A stretch of DNA of 64,000 nucleotides from Antedon mediterranea (GCF_964355755.1 NC_092673.1:14728948-14792947), one strand, 5' to 3'. Positions 33,700-48,221 are shown, counted from the first letter of the stretch. The notes: generated from the letters alone by a model not told the origin. Translations and numbers: made by a program.

Positions 33700-36600
33700 A
33701 CTGTTTTGATATACAGAAAAGTTTTAAAGTACATTACTTTTTGAAAGTTCATTTTTTTCTGAGAGCACGCGACTTATGGCTGTTGGCCTTGTTCATCAAT
33801 GTGTAGCTTATGGAGTAACAAAAAGGAGTCTTGTAAATCAAAATTGCCCATGTTTGACCATTTCAAATTTACTTCATTGATGTCGTTTGTAACATTTGCT
33901 ACAATAGTGTGATATACTATACAATTATTACATGTTCTTTTAATTTTAAATACAGTTTCATGACAATAAATATCAGCTTTATTAAGTATTTCTTAGTTTT
34001 CATTGAGAATTACCTTCCAGTTTATTGGGATAATGCAGAATCGCACCATACAAACGAAATTTAAATTACTTTGAATTCCATACTTTGTTACAAGATCATT
34101 CTGCGAGAGGAAAGATCTTTTGGAATTAGTTACATCTTTAATTGTACGGATACCTGCATTCCACCACAAGTTTTGAATATTAAAAGTTCTTTTAACGAAA
34201 CAGCAATTGTAAAGTACCTGACAATTATATTTCATTTGCAGTATCTGGATTTAGTGAATAATGGTATACACTCCAGGCTAGCAGTACGGTTCTAGGACAC
34301 CTACCCCCTAGACAGTTACCCCCGGATGTTTACCACCCGGACAACTACCCCCTTAGGACAACTACCCCCCGGACAACTACTCCCCGGAAAACTACCCCCT
34401 TAGGACAACTACCCCCTTAGGATAACAACCCCCCGGACAACTACCCCCCGGACAACAACCCCCTTAGGACAACTACCCCCTTAGGATAACTACCCCCCGG
34501 GTAACTACCCCCCGGTCAACTACCCCCTGGACAACTACCCACCAGACATCTACCCCCTCCCTTAGGACTATATTTATGTTCAATCTTTTACTTTTGTTTA
34601 CAATAATGAATAGTAATTCCTCAAAGTAACGAATTAAAATATAGTTATTAATTCCTATTATACACTGTTGCAGAGTCAGGTTGTTGAATGGTCTGGGTGG
34701 TAGTTGTCCGTCCGGGGGGTAGTTGTTCTAAAGGGATAGTTGTCTGGGTGGTAGTTGTCCAGGGGTTAGTTGTCCTACGGAGGTAATTGTCTTAAAAGAT
34801 TATTTGCCCTTGGAGTATTTTCCAGGTCCAGGAGGTAGTTGTCCTACGGGGAGTATTGTGTCAGAGGTAGTTGTCCGCGGGGTAATTACCCGGGGGGGGG
34901 GGGGGGGGTAATTGTCAGGGGGTAATTGTTCCTAGGGGGTAATTGTCCGGGGGGTAGTTGTCCAGGGGTTAGTTGTCCTACGGAGGTAGTTGTCCTAAAA
35001 GATTATTTGCCCTCGGAGTACTGTCCAGGAAGTAGTTGTCCTACGGGGAGTATTGTGTCAGAGGTAGTTGTCCGCGGGGTAATTACCCGGGGGGGAGGTA
35101 ATTGTCCGGGGGATAATTGTCCGGGAGATAATTGTCCGGGGGGTAATTGTCCGGGGGGTAGTTGTCCAGGGGGTAGTTGTCCTAAGGGGGTTGTTGTCCT
35201 AAGGGGGTAGTTGTCCGGGGGGTATTTGTCCGGGGGGTAATTACCTGGGGGGAGTAATTGTCCGGGGAATAATTGTCCGGGGGGGGGGTAATTGTCCGGG
35301 GGGTATTTGTCCGGGGGGTAGTTGTCCTAAAGGGGTAGTTGTCCTAAGGGGGTAGTTGTCCAGATGGTGGTTGTCCGGGGGTAGTTTTCCGGGGGTAAAT
35401 GTCCAGGGAGTGAATATCCGGATACGTAGCAGTACATCTCTATAAAATGTGGATAATTTTGTAAGTAGAGGAGAATATGTTTTTCTCACAAATGGCCTCA
35501 AACTCTATGGTTAAAAAAACTTTCCATTTTGCATCCCCATCATCCAGGTACCGTTTTATCCAACACAATTTAAGAGAATGGATGTAACTCGAAATATGTG
35601 ACATTTTTAAACCGCCCTTGTTTTGTTTTCCATCCCAAAGAAAATCAAAGAACACATTTTGTAGTTTGTTAATATATTCTACATCAGGTGTTGGTAAATT
35701 TTAAAAATTATATGATAAAATTGGTAATGCCAAAGACTTGATTATTAATACTTTTCCAATCAAAGATAAACCTCTTAGTTTTCACATGTTGAGAACGCTT
35801 TTTATTCGATCCAATTTATTTTCAAAGTTAAGTGTAACAAGTTGATTAGCGTTCCCCGAAACATATACTCCGAGGTATTTGATTGGCCCATCTGTCCAAA
35901 ACAAATTCTTGGTACAATTTTAAAATTGGTATTGGTAAAAGTGCCTAGTCTTAAAATATTACTTCTATCAAAGTTGTCATTTAGACCAGAAAATGTAGCA
36001 GTTATCAAGAATTTCTATTGCTGTATTCAGTAAATATTCATCCTGCAAGAAGAACACACAGTATCATCTGCTAGTTGATTTATTCTTATCAGTATTTGTA
36101 ATGGTAATACCTTTAAAGTGTTTATTTTGTTTCACTGATATCTCAAGCAATTCTGCCGCAATAAATAAATAAATATGGAAATAAGGGCAACACTGTCGTA
36201 GTCCCCTCGATGGTTAAATAATTCGAGGTAAAGCCATTATTAACTACACAGCTTAAAATATCAGTATACAACATTAATTTAAACCAGTTTTTTTTAACAT
36301 TTCTCCAAACCAAATTTGTCGAGGAATTCTTTAACAAACTTAATCTTATCGAAGGCCTTTTCGAAATCAACAAATAATAACAAATTATTTAAAAAAAAAA
36401 ACGCTAAAGAAAAACATTTAAAAATGTTTTTCTATAGCGTTTTTTTTTTCATCTAATACAAGACGAATATTTTCTCTATGTAGCGATTTAAAAAAAAAAG
36501 TTTGGTCCAGGTTTATTATATTTGCCAACGTTTCTTTCATTCGTGTAGCAATTAGTTTTGCTATATTTTTGTAGTCTACGTTTAGTAGCGATATTATTGG

Positions 36601-36830
36601 ACGCCAATTTTTTAACTCTGTTGGATTTTTTTCTCCTTTTGGTAATAAAGATATAACTCCTCTTCGTTGAGATAACATACCTGTATGTTGGGAATATGAA
36701 ATTGATTGCATTAAAAATACCTAACAACATTCCAAAACATTTTATAAAATTCTATAGGCAGAATATCAGTACCATAAGGAGACTTATTATTTTTCATAGA
36801 TGTTATGGCTGCTGAATATTCTATATCTAG
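33700..36830 (-). mobile_element. Degenerate L1/Tx1-type LINE ORF2, interrupted by a foldback element
   Basis: SQRRGVISLLPKGEK.P..LKNWRPI.LLNVDYK, LADDT remnant, FLWDGK...GGL, LKL.WIKR; many frameshifts. Boundaries approximate. Confidence 0.8.
34287..35426. mobile_element. Foldback-type non-autonomous DNA transposon with arms of ggacaactacccc repeats
   Basis: C-rich arm and inverted G-rich arm; 8-bp TSD tagcagta at 34279-34286 and 35427-35434. Confidence 0.85.
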
Positions 36831-36984
36831 AAGTTCCGAATTACATTTTTTTAAAGTCATTTTCTGAGATTCTCTCGCACTCATGCTGCTCAGTCTTGGG
36901 TTCTAACTCTAATACTAACCTCTGTATAGTAAACTACAAAAAATCCAAAACAGAGCTTTACGCTTTATTCTCAAACTTAATCCT

Positions 36985-37320
36985 ATGTCACACCTCTCTG
37001 ATGATCACTTTAGACTAGCCCATACCATTCCTCTTCAGAAAAGACTCAACTACCAACTTGGTTGTCTTACTTTCAAAACCCTAAATCTTCTTGCTCCTCA
37101 ATGCTTATACCATCTCCTCACTAACATTACTGCCAATGGGAGGATGACTACTCGTCAAATCTCAAAAGGAAATCTTCACATTCCTAAACCCTCTCTTGAA
37201 ATTTTCAAACTCTCCTTCAGGCCCCTCATTTCTACAATGATCTTCCTCTATCTATCCGCAATTCCTTATGCTTTTCCTCTTTCAAAACTAGACTTATGAC
37301 TTTTCTCAAAACTATGTAAT
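36985..37320 (+). mobile_element. CR1/L2-type LINE 3' fragment
   Basis: LTFKTLN.LAP..L....NGRMTTRQ...NLHIPKP..EIFK; same family as 25148-25375. Confidence 0.7.
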
Positions 37321-37384
37321 CCTTTTCCAGATTTTAAATTGTAAAATAGTAGGTTTATTTATATATATTTTATATTTTGCTTAA

Positions 37385-37728
37385 AGATATATTGTCCCCC
37401 TAAAAAAATATTTTTTTAAATTTTTTTGTTGAATATGTTATTTTAATGTCACATAATAATTATTCACTCTCATAAAAAATTGGGTCTGAAAAAAATGTAC
37501 TTACCTGAGAAAAATGTAATTTAAAGCAAAAAATGGTCAAATTGTCTGGAAGACAATAAGTTTTTGGGTAATTTAACTGTTTATTTTGTCTTTTTATAGG
37601 TGAAATAATTTTTTTCCCCGTTTTTTTTTTTATGGAAGTAAACAGCTTCATTAAAACTGCAAAATGGCCTATTCAAAGTCCGATTTTAAAAATCTTTATT
37701 TTTCATGATTTTGGGGGACAATACATCT
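37385..37728. mobile_element. Short Kolobok-like MITE, same family as 26029-31465
   Basis: TTAA|AGATATATTGTCCCC ... GGGGACAATACATCT|TTAA. Confidence 0.8.
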
Positions 37729-38592
37729 TTAATTTAACATATCAGTTATTTTCTATTTTTCAAATTTTCTTACTCGGATTTTTACGCCCGTATTCTTAAA
37801 CCGAACTTTAGTCGTAGTTCGAGCTAAAACTTTAAAAATGACGTCATTTTAATTCATAAACCAAAATTCAACAAATCGCCGACTAAATCAGGCCAACCTC
37901 GACTAAATCGAGACGGATTTTGATCGATTTTTGTAGTCCTGGAGTGGGCAGGCTAAATGGTCGACTAAATGGTTTTTAACCGATGTTTATGAAAAACGTA
38001 ACAGTCATTGAGTTGTTATATTGGCCAGATATTGAAGAATGAAATATCTATTTTTATATTAGATTTATTAAACATACATTGGTATAAGTTATAATAATGA
38101 AAAACATCTTTATTTACAACCGTATACAAATTACATTATTTTCTTCGAGCAAGTCCGACTTGAACTACGTCACGCCATAGCGACAATGGGAGATGCGGAA
38201 ATTCACCACGCGATGGAATGTTTAGGGGGCCTAGCGCTTTCTTGTCACGCTATGAAGTGTGTGGTTCGTCGCAAACATACTTTGTTGGAGGCCTAGAAAA
38301 TATGAAAGTTACTGTACCACCATGATTCTTAAATATATTTTGAAGATTTTGTTTGTTGTTAATCGAAAGTACTTCACTGTTAAATTATACTGATCTTGTT
38401 CTAATAATTAACGATTACAATTATTTTTCATTTTATATAGTCCTGATGCGTAAAAAGTTTTGTACGAAAATTGAAAATTTCGTCTGCTCTCTTGTCATTG
38501 GCCAATGTATAGCCTTTGTTACCCAGACGTGTGTAACTCGACTAAAAGCTCGACTTCATTAAGTCGAACTGCAAACTTCGACTACTTCGTTT

Positions 38593-40231
38593 CAGTGGTG
38601 GCGCCAGCGGGGGGGGGGGGGGGGGGGGTGGGGGGCTACGGAGGCTCTAGCCCCCTCGTCGGGGAGCCTAGCCCCCCCGTCGGGGAACACGGGTACTTTT
38701 TGTCGGGGAATATAATATACAGTAAAAAATGTTCGCGTTCACTTCATATAGCTTCAGCGCCTAGAAAACCACGTTCCATTGACCGTGAGAGTACGTCAGA
38801 GGGCTATTATGCACTTTTATGCATTCATTTTTTGCCAACGTTCTAACTTACTACTAAACATTAGCTAGGTACGCACTTGTCTGGCGGTATCCCTTTGTAC
38901 GAATCGTTCAACGTTGGGTCAACACGCGTGATATCAAGTTCCATCCAGGGACCAAAATGTGTAATGTAGTTATTTTCCAGGCGAAGTTTACCGACGGTTA
39001 CCGAAGGGAACACGGGTACTTTTTGTCGGGGAATAAATTATAATATACAGTAAAAAGCGTTCGCGTTCACTTCGTAGCTAGCTTCAGCGCCTAGAAAACC
39101 GCGACGTTTCATTGACCGTGAGAGTACGTCAGAGTGATATTATGCACTTTATATGCATTCATTATTGCCAGCGATCTAACTTACTCCTAAACAATAGCTA
39201 GGTTCGCACTTGTCTGTCGGTATCCCTTTGTACGAATCGTTCAACGTTGGGTCGAGACGCGTGATATCATGTTCCATCCAGGGACCAAAATGTGTACTGT
39301 AGTTATTTTCCAGGCGAAGTTTACTGACGGTTACGTCGTGTACTGCGTCGACGTACGCTACACTACAGCAGCAAAAACGAATTATGTTAATTGTTCGTAT
39401 GTTCACCAATTTTTTAATTTACAAGTAACCTTCTTTACCGTGGGGCACCTAAAATAAATTTTTCATCCATTACTAAACAAAAAAACATGCCATTTTTGCT
39501 TAGCCAACATCTTATTATAGCTAAGTTATTACATTTTCAATGTCCTGTATGTCATGAATTTCTCACCACTCGGAAGTCCAGATGGTACGCACGCATACAC
39601 TTGGGAGGAATAAACTTATTTCCCTGACTGAAAAAGGTCTACGCTTGCGTTTTTTAAGCCTCTAGGCCTGATGTTTCCAAAGTATAAAATGCTATTTTTT
39701 GAAGACCTGCAGCTCTAGTTTTAAACAGTTTCTTAGCTCAGCCCCAACAATAAAGCTGGTCATATTTCGAAGTACAAGAAGTGCATTTTCCGGGACCTAA
39801 CATCTCTATTTTTCAAACATTTCTTAGCTCAGTCACAACCATGATAGGGACTTATATATTTTGTTTCATGTTTTGAAGTATAATAAGTTCAATTTCCGGG
39901 ACCTCCAACTCTATTTTTCTAAATTTTCTTTGAACTTTTATTTTTTAAATTGAAAAATATGGATTGAAACAGTCATCGCGCATCGTTTTTTTGCACGCAG
40001 TATTTTATTTATGCATTATAAAAAATGGAAAAAATGGCTACCCTAAATCTGATTAAAATGACCTCAAATGACGCTAGAACGCGTTGCTTCCGGGGGCTTT
40101 GCCCCCTGGACCCTCACCAGGGGTCCTTGGCGGCCCCCTGGCCCCCAGCCTAGTGATGCTCGCTTCGCTCGCATAGCCCCTTCGTCGGGGAATGTAGCCC
40201 CCGCGTCGGGAAGATCCTGGCGCCACCCCTG
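38593..40231. mobile_element. hAT-like non-autonomous element with an internal ~320-bp duplication
   Basis: TIR cagtggtggcgccag / ctggcgccacccctg; 8-bp TSD cttcgttt; ~38685-39000 repeats at ~39007-39330. Confidence 0.85.
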
Positions 40232-40739
40232 CTTCGTTTTTTAATCGAATTTGAAGTAACTACTCGAACTACGACTTTTTCAACTCCTCACTTTTCTTAG
40301 GATGTTTACCCTGTCTTGATAACGAAGTAATCTTGCATGGATTACTCTCGGTTTTCCATCTTGTTTAGGCTTACTGGGTGCACGTTTATGTTGTTTATGA
40401 AATGGTTAAAAGAGCTATTGGGAGGCCTAATAGATAATACCAACAATACTAGTTTTGGTAGATTTTGTTACCGTAGGCGTCCATCATAAATAAATTACAA
40501 ATTTTGTAGATACTGATGTTCCTTTATTTATTCTCTGAACTATCTCTTGTATCTCTACAAATTACAGTATCATTAGCAACTTGAATAAACACCGTGAAAA
40601 CTTGTAGCCTTATTGGAGCCTATGGTAAAGATACTTTTAACAATGATTATCTCTAAACTTTATGTCATAAAAAAATGTCTTATTCTCTCTTATCACTTTT
40701 TATCTATCTGAACTCTAGAGGGCCTCCTGTAAGTAGGCT

Positions 40740-41110
40740 GCAGTTACAGATTTGTCCTCTGAATTTGGCACGATAGATCACGACATCCTTGTCAGTCATT
40801 TGTAGAGGGAATTTGGTATTACTGGCTCTGTTTACATTGGGTAACTAGCTACCATCAAGACCGTTATAGTAGAGTTTGTGAACTTGGTGAATACTCTAGA
40901 AACCATATTTTCCAGTACGGTGTTTCTCTGAGGGGTCTATGGTTGAACCTCTTATTTTCACTGTGTATGATCAACCTATCGCTGATATTATTAAGCGTTT
41001 TGATGTAGCTTATCACATATATAATACGCTGACGATACACAATGTATGTCAGTTTTGATCATAGGTCGGAGGATGGTTTATCGGCTGCTAAACACAAACT
41101 TATTGGGTGG
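40740..41110 (+). mobile_element. Degenerate CR1/L2 LINE RT fragment
   Basis: Remnants of TIDHDIL, YGV..GS...P.LF and YADDTQ motifs. Confidence 0.65.
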
Positions 41111-42010
41111 AACATATCACATGCTGTTGTGTAAACATGGTATATATTAAACTAATTTGTCATTTTGGCTGGTGGTCGTGGTACACCATGACTGAATTAT
41201 TCAACATTTTGACTAATGTACGAGCATGTTTGAAGTTATGCTATATAAATAAATGAGTTATTAATGTGAATGGTTGTAAACATGTTCTGTTGTAGTATTC
41301 TTTGATAGTGGGTTATATTTGTGAGGTGTGTCTGAAATGAAGTTTTGTTAGACGACCATGGCATGATACTAAGGTGTATTAATCAGTTTCGGTAAACGAG
41401 CTCTGTGACGGATATAATAGAGGAATGAGAGTCAGCAAGGTTGGCAGTAATGCCAGACAATGCCGCCTCTCACTTTGTTGTTAAATAAAAACAGACCTAA
41501 TCAGGCAGACGTTTCAGAATTAACTAATAGTGAAATAGCCCATGTGGTGTACATATAAATGTGTACGAGGGTATGTGTGTTTCTGTACCGTAGGCTTTTG
41601 TCATGAAAGTAAAAAAGCACATACCACCTAAATCGAAACAAATAGATGTAGAAGTGAGAGGTACGCTTTCTTTCAAATTCTAAATCGAAATTTGCTATTT
41701 CTAGACTGGATTATGAGTTATTGTTTGTATTGTTATGTCACTGATCATATCTAAGATAACTACTTTTGTATAAGGTTCGTATCAATAGACAAATGGTGTC
41801 TTGTACCACCATGGTACTAATACAATTTATTACTGATTGTAAAGAGTCATTCACAATAGTTTCCTAGTCAGTAGAAAACTTCCTTCTAGACTTACTATAG
41901 GCAAAACAATTATATTTTTGTATGAACATTTCAAAAAAACTTCACTTGTGCACTGTTAAAACAATTCTTGTAAAAAAACGGTAAATTACTTGCAATCTGG
42001 ACGCCAGTAA

Positions 42011-42282
42011 TTTACCGTAATGTAGAATTACAGGTACTGTTGAAAATAAAATACTGTAAAACTACAGTAAATTACTGTTGGTCATAAAGTCGGTTGTCTA
42101 CCGCAATGTAGAATCACAGGTACTGTTGAAAATAAATTACTGTAAAACTACAGTAAATTACTGTTGGTCATAAAGTCGGTTGTCTACCGTAATGTAGAAT
42201 CACAGGTACTGTTGAAAATAAATTACTACAAAACTACAGTAAATTACTGTTGGTCATAAAGTTGGTTGTCTACCGTAATGTA
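42011..42282 (+). repeat. Tandem repeat, ~87-bp unit, about 3 copies
   Basis: taccgtaatgtagaatcacaggtactgttgaaaataaattactg...ggtcataaagtcggttgtc recurs. Confidence 0.9.
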
Positions 42283-43380
42283 AGATAGACTTGTGACATG
42301 AGTACTTCAACTATAGTGAAAGGAGTGGTGCAATTCTTCTAGAAAATCGTCATAGATTGGCTCTGTACGGTACAATTTAGAAAGTCAGACATCTAGTACA
42401 GTTCAGTTTTAAGTATTAATGTAAGTTGTGCAATTTATGTAACAGTAGGCCTACTTTTTTTCCAAACATTTATTGATATGATAGGTATAACTCTGAGTTT
42501 ATTTTTCTTATTTCAAACACATCCAACAGCTAGCACAAATTCGCCAATCACAGAATGGATAAACTATTTAATAAATTATTGTGCCCTAAAACTAAGTCTT
42601 ATTTGAGACTTAGGGAGTGGAGTTGAAAGAGTTGTGAGTTACAAACCCTGCACTAGGTCCGGATTGAACCCCGGTCCTTGGGATTGGAAGGAAAGCACGT
42701 CAACCACCAAACTACAGCTCCACTGCATTGTATAATTGATACGCTAGATGACAGACAGGAAGAGAGTGGGGTTGAAATGGCTTGTTGCCGTTAATTTTAC
42801 TTAGGCCTATATTACTTATACAATCATGATGGAAACCGCCATCGTTTATTGTCGCAACAATAAACAAACAGATACAATTCTACTGTTTACTGTTTTCACT
42901 TTTAAATGACAGTTCTAGTAACAGTACCTTTCATATTTTAACTTAATGGTTAACATTCAATTTGTTTGTTGTTTCTTTCCTCTGCAACCGTTCTCAGCTT
43001 TCTTTTCCTTGTGAAAAAGTAAATATAATATTGTTCAATGAAGATCATCAATCATTCAAAAAGATAAATTGTCTTAATCAATGAGAATGAAAATGAAAAA
43101 ATAATTTAAAACATTTTGACAATGACGAATTCTCATAATTTGATAATATTTGTCCAGTATTATGCAAATTGGATGGTTCTTCCATGTTAGGTCCTCTAAA
43201 GTTAGTTTTGTATAGGTAAATTTAGCCTAAACATATGGGCGAATATTAAATTTAGTACTTTACTTTTTGATAAACTTCCGATAATGTTACTTTGCAAAAC
43301 AAGATGAATTGATCCATAAACAGTTTATTTTAAATACAACAAATTACATTTTTCAGAAATGAAGACAGAAAACTGACAAT

Positions 43381-45145
43381 ATGGCAACAGGTAATGTTAA
43401 AGATTGAAAATAACTGATTTCATCTTGCATACCACCAACATTTCAAATTAAATTTCTTTAAAATGTTCTCTTTTAAATAATTTTATAGATTTTACTGTGA
43501 ATTTAGTGAACGTTTCAGGATGGTATGATGACCACAACCTCTTTCGACAGCTGAAAGTGTTATACCACGATTTAATTACAGTAGCGAACATAGACAAAGC
43601 CAAGAAAACAATAGACTTACTGCATCATTTAATTACATCAGGATATTTGAGTTCAGACAAGCCTTCGTTACTTTACGAAACAATCAAAGTAACTCAAACA
43701 TTTGAAGTAATGAAAGTTGTCCAACAATCTTTCTTCGAAGATCAAGAAATCAAAATTACAACGTTCACTCCATATCGACACTGGATTTTAGATTTCGGAA
43801 ATGGACTTACACAGGCTGATGTAGAAAACATTGATGCACTGTACAATGGTACTGCGCTAAAGAAATACCAAGATGCTTGGAGTATGCTTTTGGATTTGGA
43901 ACACAGACAAATACTTTGTGAAGACAAAATTGAAGAATTTATTACCAGTCTTGACAAAATTGGACTACACTCAATGGTGGAATGCCTGACTAAAGGTATG
44001 TTGTAGGACAAAATTTGCAAAACCATGTTTATTTGAGGAAAACTATGAAAATAGTGAAATCCACATTTTTTCCGAATAGAAGTACCTAAATAATGTAACA
44101 AACAAATAAAACAACTTAAAAAAATTGTTTGTATAGTTTTCACATTGACCGACTGGCTTCCAACGTTTTATAATCTTCTTAATTATAATAATTACTAATG
44201 TTTAATGTGAATATTTCTGAAATGGAAACATTGGAATTGTATTTTTATCAATGAAATGGATAAATGGTCTGAATTTATGATTCGAATGATAGACTTGTCA
44301 TGAGGTAAAATATTAATCTATTCTTATTATTTATTTATCAGGTCAAACAGTAGATAAATAAAAATAGACGTTTTTTCCACTCTATCACAGCTCACCTTTG
44401 GCATGGGCGTCTCTATTTGTCATCGAATATGTTCGATTCAAATCTAAATTCTTTGATATTTTTTACGATTAACATTGAACGATCATAACAGTGGTGATGA
44501 TATCGTGATTAGGGGATCTAGGATTCTAGCCTGAATTACGGTTCTGACGTGCTATAAAATACTAGTTTATAGTGTTTCAAAAAGAGCGACGTTTCGGAAC
44601 CATCATGGAACCATTCTCAAGATCAAAATGAGTAAAGAAATTATAGTAAATGTCTCTTAATTCGTTTTTGTATTGCATCGAGAACAGTTTAACACAAATA
44701 ACATTTTCAGATGAGTATACCACTAGTATGAACTTTTGCCAATGAGCTATGCTCGACGCGATTATGAGGTCATGTTCCGAATATGAGCACTGTTTCTATA
44801 ATTTGACAGTATGATTTATATATAATTTACACAGTGCTACGCAACACAATTGATTTATATATTCCGTACCACGCCGAGAATGTTGAAGAGTCGCTATCCA
44901 ATCGAGTTTGAACAATACCATAAAAGCCCCAGTGATCTAATGGTTAGGACAGCTCAAGCAGGACGGTCCGAGTTCCAGTGGATCGGTTGGGGCGAATTTT
45001 TTCTCATTCTTACAGATTTCCTTATCGTTATCGTTTCAAATTAATTAATTATTATATTTATATTTTCTTCTTTGTTATTTAGCAGAGGAAAGGCCGAGAA
45101 GTATGCAAACAGAGAAAGTGCCGAGAAGTATGCAAACAGAGGAAG
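43381..45145 (+). CDS. Host tandem death-effector-domain (DED-like) protein, exons 43381-43390, 43489-43995 and 45083-45145
   Basis: ATGGCAACAG|gt joins ag|AT to give MATDFTVNLV. Second domain YRHWILDFGNGLTQADVENI...DAWSMLLDLEHRQIL.EDKIEEF...L..IG matches the DED pattern. Canonical phase-1 splice sites. Confidence 0.7.
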
Positions 45146-46659
45146 GTAATTTTATACTTTTATGATGATTTTGTTGGTTTATATACATATCATGTAACAG
45201 GACATAGACAGTTTAGGGAGAGAAAATCAGTAAGGGAGATAATAGCCGCCGGAAGTTTTTTTTAGGAATTACGAGGCAAAATAAAAATGTTCAGCAGAAG
45301 AGAAATCAAACCAAAGAAATTAGTAATAGATTTTAAAATGAAATGAAATTGGCAATGCAATTAGTAATTTGAAATGCAATTATTATTAATTAATAATCCC
45401 AAAATAATTCCATTTACCAATTCAATTGTTAAATTCAAACCATAATCGTGCAGTTCAATAAAAAGAAAAAAGAAAAACTAATCGTCACAAAATCTCAATT
45501 CACTTCACATCCTAGGCAACAACAAGTAAATTAAAAGTTAACAAGGACAGAGTACGCATATGACGATAACCTTCCTTTCATTCCTTATAATGCTATTCAT
45601 GTTTAATCATTCAAAGTGGTCCATTTAAAATAATAACATTTCGATATATTTACATAAAGCTTGATCTAAAATTAGAAAAACGTCTTCTTGATAAATTACT
45701 TTTTAATTACGATAGTTTGATTTACAAATTGGCATAACGCCGGGTGGTGTTTTCTCAATGTTTTTGATACATTTTGTAAATTATCAGATTTTAATTCTGT
45801 GATTCTGCGATTGACTTGTAAATCTAGTCTACAAAAATGTAATTCAAATTTTAGAATAAGTATGGCCTTTTCTGCTGCCAAGTAAATACCGTATATAATA
45901 CGGTATTTTTTTAAATACCGTAAATGTTTGGATGCAGAAACAGCGCTCATAAAAAATATACCGTATTTTTTTATACCGTATGTTGAGTAGTTGCAGTAGA
46001 AACGAGTCCCGAGTCATTCATGCATGTCAGAAATATTTTAATATTAGTTCACTCAATGTAGTCTGATATGACAATTTTTTTAATGATAGTGATACTTTCA
46101 TAAAGGCCTACCGTATACGGTTAATTTTATTTTTTTACTATGAACTTATAAGAGAAATAAATTTTACTTTGAATGATTTATAAGTGCGTTACTAAAAAAA
46201 TGAAATCTTTTTAGTGAAAATGTTTAACACCTTGTTTGCAATGTACTTAGCCTAAGTGCAAAGTAATGTTTACAATGAGAACATACCTTATTTTATTTAT
46301 TTTTTTTTTATCATTGTATTTCTATTTTTGTAAATGATAAATGTGTCTGTTAATTAACAAAAATGTATATACAAATGTATTATCATTGTTGCCTAGTTAT
46401 TCACCAAGTTGTGGAAAAAAAAGTGAATACAATTTTAAGGAAAATATTTATTGAGTTAAATGAAATGAGAGATTGGTGAATACGGCCACTGGGCTCTATT
46501 TTTCCATTCTATTTCGGATTTGTGATAAATTTAGTTTTCGTTTTGCTGTCCTCTGTTGAGCATATTTTCAACTGAAGTTTTTTTTATCTTCTGATTATCA
46601 AAAATTATGTTTGTCACCCTCTATAAATCTAAATGTACAAATTAATACGTTATACTAAG

Positions 46660-47860
46660 CGTATCCGGACAACTACCCCCTGGACAATTACCACCCGGAC
46701 AACTACCACCCGGACAATAACCCCCTAGAACAACTACCACCCATCTACACATAATTAATTTTGTCAATACAGAATGAATTTTGTCTACACAGAATTAATT
46801 TTGTCAACACAGAATTAATTTTGTCTACACAGAATGAATTTTGTTTACACAGAATGAATTTTGTCAATACAAAATGAATTTTGTGTTGACTACCCCCTTA
46901 GGACAACTACCCCCTTAGGATAACAACCCCCGGACAACTACCCCCCGGACAACTACCCCCCGGACAAGTACCCCCTTAGGACAACTACCCCCTTAGGATA
47001 ACTACCCCCCGGTCAACAATCCCCCGGTCAACTACCCCCTCCCCCGGACAACTACCCCCTCCCTTAGGACTATATTTATGTTCAATCTTTTACTTTTGTT
47101 TACAATAATGAATAGTAATTCGTCAAAGTAACGAATTAAAATATAGTTATTAATTCCTATTATACACTGTTGCAGAGTCAGGTTGTTGAATGGTCTGGGT
47201 GGTAGTTGTCCGTCCGGGGGGTAGTTGTTCTAAAGGGATAGTTGTCTAGGTGGTAGTTGTCCAGGGGTTAGTTGTCCTACGGAGGTAGTTGTCTTAAAAG
47301 ATTATTTGCCCTCGGAGTATTGTCCAGGTCCAGGAGGTAGTTGTCCGCGGGGTAATTACCCGGAGGGGGGGGGGGTAATTGTCAGGGGGTAATTGTTCCT
47401 AGGGGTAATTGTCCGGGGGGTAGTTGTCCAGGGGTTAGTTGTCCTACGGATGTAGTTGTCCTAAAAGATTATTTGCCCTCGGAGTATTGTCCAGGTTCAG
47501 GAGGTAGTTGTCCTACGGGGAGTATTGTGTCAGAGGTAGTTGTCCGCGGGGTAATTACCCGGATGGGGGGGGGGGGTGGTAATTGTCCGGGGGGTAATTG
47601 TCAGAGGGTAATTTTTCTAAGGGGTTTTTTTCCGGGGGGTAGTTGTCCTAAGGGGGTTGTTGTCCTAAGGGGGTAGTTGTACGGGGGGTATTTGTCCGGG
47701 GGTATTTGTCCGGGGGGTAGTTGTCCTAAAGGGGTAGTTGTCCTAAGGGGGTAGTTTTCCTAAAGGGGTAGTTGTCCTAAGGGGGTAGTTGTCCAGGTGG
47801 TGGTTGTCCGTGGGGTAGTTTTCCGGGGGTAAATGTCCAGGGGGTGAATATCCGGATACG
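46660..47860. mobile_element. Second copy of the ggacaactacccc foldback element, with an internal 19-bp minisatellite
   Basis: TIR cgtatccgga...tccggatacg; core matches ~34550-34900; acagaatgaattttgtc repeats at ~46770-46885; no clear TSD. Confidence 0.85.
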
Positions 47861-48008
47861 ATTTGGATGCATGACAGTCATAATCACTGGAACTGTTGGG
47901 GGGTTTAGTTTTATAAACTGAAATCTATCAATTACATTCGAATTATGAATAGTGGAAAAGAAACAAATGGAAACACAGACGTTGAGGCAAGCACTATTTC
48001 AATTTCAG

Positions 48009-48221
48009 GAACGGCAGACGATAATACACCGGCTGAAATAAGATGCCGGGCTATCAAACGTTTTGTTGTCGATGAAGATGTGGAGCAACAGGATACGTCG
48101 GCGTGCAAATCCTGGATTGACGAACATGTGTTCATTATTATAGGAGCAGTTATGTTAATATTAGTAGTTGTTGCAGTCTCTGTCACGTTGGGTCTTCTTT
48201 CCATTGAATCAAATTCCACTG
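48009..48221 (+). CDS. Exon encoding a single transmembrane helix (alternative start ATG at 47945)
   Basis: Acceptor tatttcaatttcag; VFIIIGAVMLILVVVAVSVTLGLL; donor G|gtaagt. Confidence 0.65.

Noticed and set aside
34926-35210. GGNCPG-repeat protein ORF (also 47473-47676)
   Set aside because: It is a translation of the foldback element's repeat arms.
42011-42282. CRISPR-like array (also the 46770-46885 minisatellite)
   Set aside because: Contiguous tandem units with no unique spacers, in a eukaryotic context with no cas genes.
42600-42725. tRNA-like sequence on the minus strand
   Set aside because: Looks like a decayed SINE-type repeat; too degenerate to call as a gene.
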